Shown: piece after piece, positions 1 through 10,840 of the stretch
Numbering within the stretch: position 1 is the first letter of the stretch
How the letters are laid out: every line of letters starts with the position of its first letter
From: an uncultured Microthrixaceae bacterium
Lineage (GTDB): Bacteria; Actinomycetota; Acidimicrobiia; Acidimicrobiales; DATDAH01
Assembly (NCBI GenBank): GCA_963845425.1
Contig: CAWJSC010000002.1
Span: 129,716 to 193,715, forward strand
Reading direction: 5' to 3'
Length of the DNA: 64,000 bases
The notes under the pieces: generated by a model
Told to the model about the DNA's origin: nothing
Database searches by the model: none
What the model saw: the letters and a program-made list of their open reading frames with translations, nothing else
Program-made: the position numbers and the translations under genes

Positions 1-1182
<1,182 letters not shown>

Positions 1183-1247
1183 CGCTCGGACCGTACCGCG
1201 AGCCTGTGACCGCGACGTGGCTCGGTTCAGGAAGGTCCGCCCCGGCC

Positions 1248-2135
1248 TCACTCGCCGGCGGGGGTCGCTCCCGGGAACGCGGGGAACCCGGCGCCGGAGC
1301 CTTCGCCCGGCTCGGACTCGCTCGGCCTGCGGGCGACATAGCCGACCAGCGCGATGGGCGCCCGCAGGGGAAGGCCCTCCCGCACCCGCTCGGCCGCGGT
1401 CGCGACCGCCGAGGCCCGGAAGGCGTCCTCCCCCACTGCCTGGATCGCCTCGTAGGCGGGGCCGGTGGACGCGAGGGCCCGGGCGTAGGCCTCGGGATCG
1501 GCGAACTCCCAGACGAAGGGGATCTCGATCCGCTCGACGTCGATGAAGCCCAGCCCGGCGAGAAGGCCCTCGCCCGCACCCGGCCGCCCCAGAGCCACCA
1601 TGGCGGCCTGGTTCGCCACCTTCTGCGGTGCGGCCAGGGTGAACGGGGTGAGGGCCCACGCGCCGGGCGACGCCTTGATGTGGCCCCAAACGGTGAGACC
1701 GATGCGACCGCCGGGACGTAGCACCCGGCGGGCCTCGACGACGGCGTCGGGGGTCGTCCCCCAGATGCCGCGGAAGCTGGTCACGACGTCGAAGGCGCCG
1801 TCGACCCACGGGAGGTCGTGCATGTCGCCGACCCGAAGGTCGGCGTCGGGGCTGCGGTCCCGAGCCACCGCCACCAGGCGCTCGGAAGCGTCGATGCCGG
1901 CACAGGCGGCACCCCTCACCCCGGCCAGTTCCACCGCCAGGCCCGCGCCGCAGGCCAGGTCCAGTACGCGGTCGCCCGGCCCGACGTCCAGGGCCTGGTG
2001 AAGGGCCAGGTACTCACGGACGTTGGCCGGCTCGCTCAGCGTGGCGAAGTCGACCGCCCGACGACCCCATCCCTCGTCCACCCCACGCCAGTCCGGGTGG
2101 TCCTCACGGTCGTCGGACGAACGAGCGGTCGTCAC
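1248..2135 (-). CDS. class I SAM-dependent methyltransferase
   Basis: 295 aa with motif I VLDLACGAGLAVE and RPGGRIGLTVW (post-II region). Same strand as the HerA-like gene and 65 bp upstream of it. Confidence 0.8.
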   Translation of the reverse strand: MTTARSSDDREDHPDWRGVDEGWGRRAVDFATLSEPANVREYLALHQALDVGPGDRVLDLACGAGLAVELAGVRGAACAGIDASERLVAVARDRSPDADLRVGDMHDLPWVDGAFDVVTSFRGIWGTTPDAVVEARRVLRPGGRIGLTVWGHIKASPGAWALTPFTLAAPQKVANQAAMVALGRPGAGEGLLAGLGFIDVERIEIPFVWEFADPEAYARALASTGPAYEAIQAVGEDAFRASAVATAAERVREGLPLRAPIALVGYVARRPSESEPGEGSGAGFPAFPGATPAGE

Positions 2136-2184
2136 GGGCGAAAGCTAGCGCTCCTCGCCAACCAGCCGCGCCCGGCACGGCCGC

Positions 2185-2961
2185 CTAGGCCACGCCCAGG
2201 TTCAACCGGGCGAGGGTGCCGGACCCCTCCGCCGACAGGGACAGCGCCGTCCCGTCGGCCCGGGGGTCGCCGGCGATCCCGTCGGTGGCCCAGGTCGTGT
2301 TCGGGGGGCCGAACTCGGCGTACTCGCCCGTGGTGAAGACGTCCTCGGTGTAGGCCTCGTCGAAGTACACCTGGCTGGTGAGGACGATGTCGTCGTCGCG
2401 GTGGACCCGCAGGTGGACGTGCACCGCCCGGCCCGGGTACCAGCCCGGGTAGATCGAGGTGAACTCGACGATGCCGTCATCGCCCGCCACCTGGGTCCCT
2501 CGCAGGAAGGTCGTGCCCTCCGCCTCGTCCTTGCCCCCGCCGCCGTCGGCGAAGGCCGAGTAGTCACCGGTGGCGTCGGTGTGCCAGATCTCCACGGCCG
2601 CCCCAGGCACGGGCGCACAGTCGGCGTCGACCACCCGGAGCCCCAGACGGAGGGGATGGCCCGGGTGTCCCTCGGTGATGTCCCGGCGGACGAACTGCTC
2701 GTCGAGCGGGAACGGTCCGGCGGTCTGTTCCGGCAAGAGGGTGCAGGTCCCCAGCCCGTCGAAGTCCGCCGCGGTCAGCGCGGTCGACGGGTTCGACCCG
2801 CCGCCGGCCACGGCGCTGGTGGGCGGCGCCGCACTCGACGGCGTCGGCCCGGCGGTCGTGGACGGCACAGCCTCGGCGCCACCGTCATCCCCGCCGCAGG
2901 CCGCGACGACCGCGGCGGCGGCCCCGGCCACGAGGAGCTCGCGGCGGGAGAGGGTGCGCAC
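2185..2961 (-). CDS. intradiol ring-cleavage dioxygenase family protein with Tat/lipoprotein signal
   Basis: N-terminus MRTLSRRELLVAGAAAAVVAAC (RR motif plus lipobox). Core EIWHTDATGDYS...YPGWYPGRAVHVHLRV is typical of the protocatechuate/catechol dioxygenase fold. Confidence 0.7.
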   Translation of the reverse strand: MRTLSRRELLVAGAAAAVVAACGGDDGGAEAVPSTTAGPTPSSAAPPTSAVAGGGSNPSTALTAADFDGLGTCTLLPEQTAGPFPLDEQFVRRDITEGHPGHPLRLGLRVVDADCAPVPGAAVEIWHTDATGDYSAFADGGGGKDEAEGTTFLRGTQVAGDDGIVEFTSIYPGWYPGRAVHVHLRVHRDDDIVLTSQVYFDEAYTEDVFTTGEYAEFGPPNTTWATDGIAGDPRADGTALSLSAEGSGTLARLNLGVA

Positions 2962-3149
2962 CGTCTCGTTCTACCGGGTCCGGGTGGCGAAGCGGCAGGC
3001 GGCATCGCCTTCGGCATCGGTGGCCTCGTCCCCTCGTCCCCGCAGGTGAACCCGGCGGCAGCCACGAGGAGGCCGGAGCGAATGGAGCCACACGCACCCG
3101 GGCCGCGATACTGAGCAACCTCAGACCACGAACCGGGGGAGACGGGTAC

Positions 3150-4010
3150 ATGCGGGGACGGATGACGGCGGCGTGTGTCGCCGCGGCACTGGTGCTCGCC
3201 GCCTGCGGAGGCGACGACGGGGGTGGTGGCGATGACCAGGCCTCGGGGGACACCGAGGCCCCGGCCGAGGAGACCACCACGACCACCGCGGCCCCGGAGA
3301 CGTTCCGCATCCTGGTGTCCAACGACGACGGCCATGAGGGCGTCGGCGACGGCCTCGACGCCCTGGTCGAGGGCCTGCTCACGCTGGAGGACGTCGAGGT
3401 CACCGTCTCGATCCCCCTCGAGGACCAGAGCGGCACCAGCGACAGCACGGAGCCGGGCGAGCAGGCCACCAGCGAGGTGACGACCCTGTCGGGTTACCCG
3501 GCGACAACGGTCGCCGGGTTCCCCGCCGACGCCGTGGAGCAGGGCCTCGCCGCCATGGCCGAGCCCCCCCACCTCGTGGTGACCGGCATCAACTTCGGTC
3601 AGAACATCGGGCCGATCACCGAGCTCTCGGGGACCGTCGGCGCCGCCCGTACCGGGGCGCGGGGCGGGATCCCGGCGCTGGCCGTCAGCCAGGGCATCTT
3701 CGTCAACGGTGGCCCCGAGCCCGACTACCCGGCCGCGGTCGAGCTGGCCCTGGGCTGGATCACCGAGCACCGCGACGAGCTGGTGGCGGCCGAGCCGGTC
3801 GATGGTGTCGCCGAGGTGACCAACCTGAACGTCCCCACCTGCCCGACGGGCGAGCTCAAGGAGCTGGTCGAGGTCCCGGTGGCCACCGAGGCCGAGGTCG
3901 CCGGCTTGGACTACGGCGCGGTCGACTGCGAGGCCCCGCAGACCGATCCCCCCAACGATGTGGTCGGGTTCCTCGCCGGTTACCCGGTGCTGAGCGAACT
4001 GACCGCCTGA
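3150..4010 (+). CDS. SurE-family 5'/3'-nucleotidase-like lipoprotein
   Basis: ILVSNDDG, TGINFGQNIG and SGTVGAAR motifs. Lipobox LVLAAC. GGGGGAGA Shine-Dalgarno upstream of ATG 3150. Confidence 0.7.
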   Translation: MRGRMTAACVAAALVLAACGGDDGGGGDDQASGDTEAPAEETTTTTAAPETFRILVSNDDGHEGVGDGLDALVEGLLTLEDVEVTVSIPLEDQSGTSDSTEPGEQATSEVTTLSGYPATTVAGFPADAVEQGLAAMAEPPHLVVTGINFGQNIGPITELSGTVGAARTGARGGIPALAVSQGIFVNGGPEPDYPAAVELALGWITEHRDELVAAEPVDGVAEVTNLNVPTCPTGELKELVEVPVATEAEVAGLDYGAVDCEAPQTDPPNDVVGFLAGYPVLSELTA

Positions 4011-4062
4011 TCGTCGGCCCCCGATCCGGAGTGGTCGCTCCCCGCTCGGTAGCGTCGCCCCG

Positions 4063-4770
4063 GTGAGCGACAGCATCCTCTCCTACGACCTCGACGGCGA
4101 CGTCGCCGTCCTCCGCCTCGACGACGGCAAGGCCAACGCCATCGGCCCGGCCACCGTCGGCGCCCTCGACGAGGCCCTGACCCGGGCCGAGGGCGAAGCC
4201 GGCGCGCTGCTGTTGACCGGCCGCGAGGGCAAGTTCTCCGCCGGCTTCGACCTGTCGGTGATGACCTCGGGCGAGGCGGCGATGCAGAGCCTCGTGCAGA
4301 GCGGGGCCGAGCTTCTGGTCCGGTGGTACGCCAGCCCCCTGCCGACGGTGGTCGCCTGCACCGGCCACGCGCTGGCCATGGGCAGCCTCCTGCTCCTCGC
4401 CAGTGACACCCGGATCGGGGCCGAGGGCCCCTTCAAGCTCGGCCTCAACGAGGTGGCGATCGGCATGGGCCTGCCCATCTTCGCCGTCGAGCTGGCCCGC
4501 GACCGCCTGTCGCCGCGGGCCTTCACGGCCGCCACCATCCAGGGCCGGGTCTACGACCCCGCCGGGGCCGTCGACGCGGGCTACCTCGACCTCGTGGTCG
4601 CCGTCGACGAACTGGCGGCGACGGCCCGCGAGGAGGCCGGCCGCCTGGCCCAGCTCCGTCGCGGGGCGGTCAGCCACACCAAGGCCCGGGCCCGGCAGGC
4701 CACCGTCGACCGGATCCTGTCCACCCTCGCCGAGGACATGGCCGCCACCGGCATGCCCGACCCCCGCTGA
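4063..4770 (+). CDS. crotonase/enoyl-CoA hydratase superfamily protein
   Basis: 235 aa. VAVLRLDDGKANAI...GKFSAGFDL...ACTGHALAMGSLLLLASD is the typical crotonase fold signature. GTG start. Confidence 0.75.
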   Translation: MSDSILSYDLDGDVAVLRLDDGKANAIGPATVGALDEALTRAEGEAGALLLTGREGKFSAGFDLSVMTSGEAAMQSLVQSGAELLVRWYASPLPTVVACTGHALAMGSLLLLASDTRIGAEGPFKLGLNEVAIGMGLPIFAVELARDRLSPRAFTAATIQGRVYDPAGAVDAGYLDLVVAVDELAATAREEAGRLAQLRRGAVSHTKARARQATVDRILSTLAEDMAATGMPDPR

Positions 4771-4772
4771 CG

Positions 4773-4824
4773 CCGGTCCCGTCCTGGGACCGGAACCCGC
4801 GTCCCGACCCAAATCCCGGACGCG
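4773..4824 (+). terminator. two tandem GC hairpins downstream of the crotonase gene
   Basis: CCGGTCCC-gtcct-GGGACCGG (4773-4793) and CGCGTCC-N13-GGACGCG (4798-4824). No U-tract. Confidence 0.35.
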
Positions 4825-4847
4825 GAACGGGCCGGTGGGGCAGGCTG

Positions 4848-5414
4848 GTGGGCATGGACGCCACGACCCACCTGACGGCCGACGAGCTGGACGCCGGGCT
4901 GGACGAGATCCGACAGTCACCCGCGGACGGGGGCACGCTCCAACTGATCGTGCGCCGGCCCGACACCGGTGCCCGTGAGGAGGTGGCCGAGGCCGACCTC
5001 GATCCGGTCGTCGGCCTGGTCGGCGACAACTGGAAGGTCCGGGGCAGCCGGCACACCGAGGACGGCTCCGCCGAGGTGGCGCGCCAACTCACGCTGATGA
5101 ACGCGCGGGCGGCGGCCCTGATCGCCGTCGACCCGAGCCGCCGGTCTCTCGCCGGCGACCAGCTCTACGTCGACCTGGACGTCGGCGGGGCCAACCTGCC
5201 CGCGGGCTCCCGCCTGCAGGTCGGCGACGCCGTCGTCGAGGTCAGCCCCCTGCCCCACACCGGCTGCGCCAAGTTCATCGAGCGCTTCGGCAAGGCCGCC
5301 GCCCGGTGGGTGAACACCGGCCCCGGCCTCGAGCTGAACCTGCGGGGCATCAATGCTGTCGTGGTGCAGGCCGGCACCGTGCGGGTCGGCGACCCGGTCA
5401 GCAAGCTCCCGTGA
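4848..5414 (+). CDS. MOSC domain-containing protein
   Basis: 188 aa. C-terminal VEVSPLPHTGCAKF with the conserved MOSC cysteine. Confidence 0.7.
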   Translation: MGMDATTHLTADELDAGLDEIRQSPADGGTLQLIVRRPDTGAREEVAEADLDPVVGLVGDNWKVRGSRHTEDGSAEVARQLTLMNARAAALIAVDPSRRSLAGDQLYVDLDVGGANLPAGSRLQVGDAVVEVSPLPHTGCAKFIERFGKAAARWVNTGPGLELNLRGINAVVVQAGTVRVGDPVSKLP

Positions 5415-7188
5415 TCCCCGTCGTGTAGGTGAACTCGATGTCGCGGACGATCCACGAACAGGCCCCGGCCGCGGCCGCCCCGTCGACCTGGGCCTGCACC
5501 TCGGTCGCCCCGTAGGCCACCGCCGACGAGTAGTCCTGCAACCAGGGCACGATCGGTGTGGTCAGGTCGCCCCGCTGCTCGTTCGCGGCGTTGACCGCAC
5601 CCTCGACCGTCTCGCCGGGGGACGACTGGGGGTCGGCCACGCCGAAGGCACCCGACGAATAGGACTCGGGGTAGACCTCGGGCGAGAGGTAGTCGACCAC
5701 CGCGGCCATGGCCGCCAGGTCCTGGCCGTACACCGACGGGTCCTGCACCGACAGGCCGGTGGTCGTGGCGCCGAGGTAGGCGCCTTCGGCCCGAACGGCC
5801 TGCTGGGCCCGCCCGAGGAACGCGGTGAGGGTCTCCGCGTTGGTGCCCTGCCGCCCGACCGGCTGCATGTAGGTCGTATCGCCGCTCGGGCGGCGGACGT
5901 CGTCGAGCAGGACCTGGTCGGCACCGAGGCCGGCGGCCTCCTCGGCGAGGGCGATGTTGTAGTCCTGCACCGCGGTGGACGCGAAGTTGGTGAAACCGCC
6001 GATGATCGGTTCGGCGTTGGTCGCCTCGGGGCAGCCTTCGCCGTCGCCGTACTCCGGCCAAGGGTCGTTGGCGGTGTCCTGAAGGACCCAGTCGGCGTGG
6101 TTGTTGGCCCACGCCCAACGGGCGAGCAGCGGATCCCGGAAGGTGACCAGGCGGGCGATCAACTGGCCACCGTGGTCGTGGACGGTGGCGATGGCGTCCT
6201 CGAGCTCGTAGCGCTCGTCCACCGCGCCGACCTGCCCGGCCAGGTCCACGGCCGAGCCGTAGGTGACGATGCCGCACTCGTCCTTGACATCCAACACGAT
6301 CGAGTCGACCTGGTCAGCGTCCAGGAGGGCTAAGGCGCCGTCCCGCAGACCGTCGTCGGCCCAGGCGTCGGCCGACAGGTACAGGCCACGGCTCACGGGC
6401 GGGGCAACGGTCACGGGCACGGCCAGGGCGGTCAGGTTCCCGGCCGGGTCGGTGGCCACGAAGTCGACGGCGCCCGCGGGAGGCGTGGCGAAGGTGACCG
6501 AGAAGGTCCCGTCCTCACCCACCGGGACCGGCTCCCCCTCGGCGGTGAGCTCGACCCGTTCGTCGACCTGCCCCGCGACGGTCACCTCGTCACCGATGCC
6601 CACCCCGTCCGGCGTCGGGACGTCCAGCACCGGGGGGGTGTCGTCGACGCCGAAGGTCATCGACCACGTCTCGGAGCCGAACACCGTCTTGGGCACTTCG
6701 ACCGACAACTCATAGGTGCCCTCCTCCAGGCCTTCGGAGGGGGGCGTCCAGATGAACCCGGACTCAGTGGTCTCCACCTCATCGGTCACGTCGGTGCCGT
6801 CGAGGCGGACGGTGGCGCTGTTGAGGCGGCTGGTCGGGTCGACCTGCAGCTCGATGGCCAGGCCGGCCACCCCGGTGGTCGGCACCGCCCCGCCGTCCTC
6901 GAAGTCGCTGGTGACCCTGACCTGGTTGGACCGCAGCAGCCAGATCCCCCCGACCACGAAGAGGGCGGCGAAGGCGAGGCCCAGCGCCAGGTTGAACCGG
7001 TCCACCTCGAAACGTGGGCCCTGGAACCGCAGCCCGGGCCCGGAGCGCTTCCGGGGGGCGCGGGCGGTGGGCGCGACCTTTGGCGGCGTCTGCCACGGCT
7101 TGCTGGCGGGGCCACCGGCCACCTTGCCGAGACGGCCTCTCCTCTTACCCCCTCCGGCACCGGGGATGTCCCGCAACGACGAACCCAT
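5398..7188 (-). CDS. membrane-anchored putative glycoside hydrolase (DUF4015/GHL-type TIM barrel) with N-terminal Ig-like region
   Basis: 596 aa. Basic N-terminus plus one TM segment (LALGLAFAALFVVGGIWLL). C-terminal half VDSIVLDVKDECGIVTY...QVLLDDVRRP resembles the DUF4015 hydrolase family. Confidence 0.6.
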   Translation of the reverse strand: MGSSLRDIPGAGGGKRRGRLGKVAGGPASKPWQTPPKVAPTARAPRKRSGPGLRFQGPRFEVDRFNLALGLAFAALFVVGGIWLLRSNQVRVTSDFEDGGAVPTTGVAGLAIELQVDPTSRLNSATVRLDGTDVTDEVETTESGFIWTPPSEGLEEGTYELSVEVPKTVFGSETWSMTFGVDDTPPVLDVPTPDGVGIGDEVTVAGQVDERVELTAEGEPVPVGEDGTFSVTFATPPAGAVDFVATDPAGNLTALAVPVTVAPPVSRGLYLSADAWADDGLRDGALALLDADQVDSIVLDVKDECGIVTYGSAVDLAGQVGAVDERYELEDAIATVHDHGGQLIARLVTFRDPLLARWAWANNHADWVLQDTANDPWPEYGDGEGCPEATNAEPIIGGFTNFASTAVQDYNIALAEEAAGLGADQVLLDDVRRPSGDTTYMQPVGRQGTNAETLTAFLGRAQQAVRAEGAYLGATTTGLSVQDPSVYGQDLAAMAAVVDYLSPEVYPESYSSGAFGVADPQSSPGETVEGAVNAANEQRGDLTTPIVPWLQDYSSAVAYGATEVQAQVDGAAAAGACSWIVRDIEFTYTTGITGAC

Positions 7189-7237
7189 GTCGGCTGGTTT
7201 GTAGCACCGCGACCCGGGAACCGGGCGGCGGGAACGC

Positions 7238-7855
7238 TCAAGCGGTCAGCGTGACCTGGTCCTCGGGGACCCAGACGGCCAGCTCGTCCACCACCCGCTC
7301 GAGCTCGGCGGCGTTCGCGCTGCCGGGATGGCGCACGGCCAGGATGGCGGCAACGGACCGGTAGAACCAGACGAACTGGGCGGGCGTGGCCAGGAACCGC
7401 CCCCAGGCGCGGGGACCCTCCTGGCGGAGCTGGACCAGCAGCGTGCGAGCATTGTGGAGCTTGTCGGCCGCCGCCACCCGGAGGACACCCTCGGGCACGT
7501 CAGGGCCGTCGAGTTGGGCGAGGAGCAGGCGCTTGCGCTCCATCCAGGGACCCTTGGGCCCGCCCCGGGAGTCCGACAGCAGCGCGACGGCGCCGGCCAC
7601 GTCGTCGCCGAAGCGACGCCGCACCTCGGCCAACGCCTCGTCGCCGCCCTGATCCTCGACCGCGTCGTGGCAGAGGGCGGTGATGGCGTCGTCCTCGCCG
7701 CCACCGTCCTCCAACACCAGGGCGGCGACCGCGAGGAGGTGGCTCACGAAGGGCACGTCGCTGCCCCCCTTGCGGGGCTGGGCGGCGTGCAGCTCGGTGA
7801 CCCAGGCGACGGCCTCGACGAACCGGGGCCCCAACCGGACATGGGGGGTGGCCAA
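7238..7855 (-). CDS. HD-domain phosphohydrolase (RelA/SpoT-hydrolase-like)
   Basis: 205 aa. H...HD metal motif: VSHLLAVAALV ... ALCHDAVED. Confidence 0.65.
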   Translation of the reverse strand: MATPHVRLGPRFVEAVAWVTELHAAQPRKGGSDVPFVSHLLAVAALVLEDGGGEDDAITALCHDAVEDQGGDEALAEVRRRFGDDVAGAVALLSDSRGGPKGPWMERKRLLLAQLDGPDVPEGVLRVAAADKLHNARTLLVQLRQEGPRAWGRFLATPAQFVWFYRSVAAILAVRHPGSANAAELERVVDELAVWVPEDQVTLTA

Positions 7856-7918
7856 GGACGAATTCTACCGCCCGCCGCCCTCCGGAGGCCAGTGACCGGA
7901 GCGGGTACGGTCGGGGCG

Positions 7919-9199
7919 ATGGCTGATCAGCCCCGGGGGACCGGGCCGGAGGACGCCAGCGCACCGGGGGACGGGTCCGGCGACGAGGCCACGACGACAG
8001 TGGCCAAGCTGGCGTCCCGGGGCGAGGCCATGCCGCCGTGGGTCCTGCGGGCCATCTTCTGGTTCTTCGGCACGGGGGTGGCCCTGCTCATCTGCTGGTG
8101 GCTCGTCCTGCGCCTCCGGGGCCTGCTGGTCATGCTGCTGGTGGCGCTGTTCATCTCCTTCGCCTTGGAGCCGGCGGTCAACTGGCTGGCCGAGCGGGGC
8201 TGGCGGCGGGGGACGGCGACCCTCACCGTCATGGTCGTGCTCCTCGTGGGGGTGGGCCTGTTCATCTGGGCCATGGGGTCGGTGCTGGTCAACCAGGTCA
8301 CCGACTTCGTCGACGAGGCGCCCCGCTACATCGAGGACGCCGAAGCGTGGTTCAACGACACCTTCGACGCCGACGTCAAGGCCGACGACCTGACCCAGGA
8401 GTTCCAGCAGGGCGGCTCCGCCCAGGAGTTCGCCGCCAACCTGGCGGGCAACATCGTGGCCGTCGGGGCCACGGTGGTCCGCGTCCTGTTCCAGCTCCTC
8501 ACGATCGCCCTGTTCACCTTCTACCTGGTGGCCGACGGTCCCCGCCTGCGCCGGGCGATCCTCTCGGTGCTGCAGAAGGAGAAGCAGGCCGAGGTGCTCC
8601 GGGTCTGGGAGATCGCCATCGAGAAGACCGGCGGCTACATCTACTCCCGGGCCGTCCTGGCCTTCTTCTCCACCGTGTTCCACTGGGTGGCCTTCGCCGT
8701 CATCGGCATCCCCTTCCCGCTGCCCCTCGCCCTCTGGGTCGGCCTCATCAGCCAGTTCGTCCCCACCATCGGGACCTACATCGCCGGCTTCCTGCCGGTG
8801 GCCATCGCCCTCATCGACAAGCCGATCGACGCGCTGTGGGTCCTGGTCGTGATCGTGCTCTACCAGCAGATCGAGAACTACCTGCTGGCCCCACCGATCC
8901 AGGCCGAGACGATGGACATCCACCCCGGGGTCGCCTTCGGCGGGGTGATCGCGGGGGCCAGCATCCTGGGCCCGATCGGCGCGCTCCTCGCCCTGCCTGC
9001 GGCGGCCACGCTGCAGGCCTTCGTCTCCACCTACGTGCAGCGCCACGAGGTCATCGACAGCCACCTCACCCGACGGCAGCGGGCCCGGGTCGACGTCCTG
9101 CGGCCGCTGCGGTACCTGCGGCGGACCCGGGGCGACGCGGTGGGCCCGGGAGACCCCGAGGCCGAGGGTGATGCTCCTGCTACCGAAACATCTGATTGA
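7919..9199 (+). CDS. AI-2E family transporter (PerM-like permease)
   Basis: Start trimmed to ATG 7919 (MADQPRG...). The upstream part of ORF 7328..9199 is antisense to the HD gene. Multi-TM protein with the C-terminal YQQIENYLLAP family motif. Confidence 0.8.
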   Translation: MADQPRGTGPEDASAPGDGSGDEATTTVAKLASRGEAMPPWVLRAIFWFFGTGVALLICWWLVLRLRGLLVMLLVALFISFALEPAVNWLAERGWRRGTATLTVMVVLLVGVGLFIWAMGSVLVNQVTDFVDEAPRYIEDAEAWFNDTFDADVKADDLTQEFQQGGSAQEFAANLAGNIVAVGATVVRVLFQLLTIALFTFYLVADGPRLRRAILSVLQKEKQAEVLRVWEIAIEKTGGYIYSRAVLAFFSTVFHWVAFAVIGIPFPLPLALWVGLISQFVPTIGTYIAGFLPVAIALIDKPIDALWVLVVIVLYQQIENYLLAPPIQAETMDIHPGVAFGGVIAGASILGPIGALLALPAAATLQAFVSTYVQRHEVIDSHLTRRQRARVDVLRPLRYLRRTRGDAVGPGDPEAEGDAPATETSD

Positions 9200-9224
9200 C
9201 AACCAGATGATCTGAAATCATATT
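9196..9224 (+). promoter_or_regulatory. sigma70-like promoter candidate TTGACA-N17-CATATT
   Basis: TTGACA at 9196-9201, a 17-nt spacer, CATATT at 9219-9224, within a locally AT-rich stretch just before ATG 9238. Confidence 0.35.
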
Positions 9225-9237
9225 GAGGGGCGTGCCC

Positions 9238-9744
9238 ATGCGGTCCTCCGTCCTGCTCCTGGTCCTCACCCTGGCCGGTGCGGGTTGTGCCACCGGTGCC
9301 GGAGCCGCGAACGGACGCCTCGCCGAGCCCACCATCCCGCCGTCGACGATGGCCCCCGCCCCGCCCCTCTCGGTCCTCGACGAGGTGGAGGCGGCCTACC
9401 GCAGGAGTTGGGCCGTCTACGCCGACGCGGTGGGCCGGGTCGACACCTCCCATCTGGCCGAGGCCTTCGGCGACCGCGCGTTGGGTCTGCGCCGGCGCGA
9501 GGTGGCGGGCCTCCGCCGGGCCGGGGAGGCCATCGCCGTGCGGGTGGCCCACCACCTGGAGGTGGCGCTCGTCGACGCCGAGACCGCAGTGGTCACCGAC
9601 GTGCTCGACAACCACATGGTCCGGGTCGACGCGCGCACCGGTCGGGCTCTCGAGTCCGACCCGGACGGCACCCTCACCCGGGCCTACACCTTGCGGCGGG
9701 AGGGAGGGACGTGGAAGGTCACCGACGCCGTCGCCCTGGGCTGA
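9238..9744 (+). CDS. hypothetical lipoprotein
   Basis: MRSSVLLLVLTLAGAGC lipoprotein signal. Non-shadow composition. Confidence 0.55.
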   Translation: MRSSVLLLVLTLAGAGCATGAGAANGRLAEPTIPPSTMAPAPPLSVLDEVEAAYRRSWAVYADAVGRVDTSHLAEAFGDRALGLRRREVAGLRRAGEAIAVRVAHHLEVALVDAETAVVTDVLDNHMVRVDARTGRALESDPDGTLTRAYTLRREGGTWKVTDAVALG

Positions 9745-10511
9745 CCGCCCTGGCCCTGGCCATCGCCGCGCTCGGGGCGCTGGCCGCACCGGCCGGCGCG
9801 GCCGAGGACTCGGTGGGCGGCACCGTCGACCCGTCGGGGGTCACCATCACCATCGTGCGCTGGCAGGGCAGCGACCGGGTCGTTGCCAATGGCAGCGGCG
9901 GTGGGGACGACCCGACGGGGTGTGACTGGTCGATCGTTCCCGCCCCCCTCGGGGCCCTGCCCCCTGCGGACATCCCACCGTTTCGGCCGGACTCCTGGCT
10001 CGGGCTCCTGCTGTGCGACGGGGTCGGGGTGGAGGTCATCTGGGTCGGACCGCACAACACCGTGGACCTGGCGGTGGAGGCCCGGCGCCTGGTGGAGGAG
10101 TACGTCGCCCGGGTCCCGGTCCCCCGCATCACCGTCGGGGCCAATCCCCTACCGACGGGCCTGGTCGGCCTCGAGTCGTGGTTCTGGGCCACCGGCTATG
10201 ACCAGCGGCCGATCGTGGACCGCATCGACGCCCTCGGCGTCGGTGTCGACGTGCGCATCGACCCCACCCCGGTCACCTGGGCCTTCGGCGACGACAGCAG
10301 CGAGACCGGGGGCCTCGGTGCCGCCTGGCCGGATCAGTCACCGGTGCGCCACGCCTACCTCCACCACGGCACCTGGACGGTGACCGCTCACCTCGACCTG
10401 GTCCCCCGCTATCGCATCGACGACACCGACTGGATCGAACTGCCCCCCATCACCGTCGAGGACACCCTGGCCCACCGCGTCCGCGAGGCCCAGGCGGTCA
10501 TCACCGGCTGA
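9711..10511 (+). CDS. hypothetical secreted protein
   Basis: A GTG at 9711 gives VEGHRRRRPGLTALALAIAALGALAAPAGA, a signal peptide. The upstream part of ORF 9285..10511 is out of frame over the preceding gene. Confidence 0.5.
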   Translation: MEGHRRRRPGLTALALAIAALGALAAPAGAAEDSVGGTVDPSGVTITIVRWQGSDRVVANGSGGGDDPTGCDWSIVPAPLGALPPADIPPFRPDSWLGLLLCDGVGVEVIWVGPHNTVDLAVEARRLVEEYVARVPVPRITVGANPLPTGLVGLESWFWATGYDQRPIVDRIDALGVGVDVRIDPTPVTWAFGDDSSETGGLGAAWPDQSPVRHAYLHHGTWTVTAHLDLVPRYRIDDTDWIELPPITVEDTLAHRVREAQAVITG

Positions 10512-10529
10512 GCCGCCCCTGGCCGGGGT

Positions 10530-10781
10530 TCAGGCGTCGTCGTCGTCAGGGACGATCGAGAGACGGCCGCCCGGGGTCAGGACCAGGACCCCGACCAGGG
10601 CGGCACCGGCGCCGAGGCCGAGGGCGGCCACGATCATCTCGAAGCGGGCGCCGGCCACGGCGGCGTGGACCAACAGCCCGGCCCCGGCCGCCGCCATCAT
10701 CGTCACGGCGACGACGGCGAACCGACGGGTCGCCGACGACGTGGTGGGCCCACCACGGTCGGTCACCTGCGTCACGTTCAT
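10530..10781 (-). CDS. small hypothetical membrane protein (2 predicted TM segments)
   Basis: MNVTQVTDRGG... followed by two hydrophobic stretches and an acidic tail DDDDA. Confidence 0.4.
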   Translation of the reverse strand: MNVTQVTDRGGPTTSSATRRFAVVAVTMMAAAGAGLLVHAAVAGARFEMIVAALGLGAGAALVGVLVLTPGGRLSIVPDDDDA

Positions 10782-10840
10782 TACGAAAACGTTACAGCAC
10801 ACCCCGCGGGCGGGAAAGGGGGTATCGGTCGGGGGCGGGC

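Noticed and set aside
7328-7918. N-terminal 197 codons of ORF 7328..9199
   Set aside because: This part is antisense to the HD-domain gene and has shadow composition. The AI-2E transporter sequence begins sensibly at ATG 7919.
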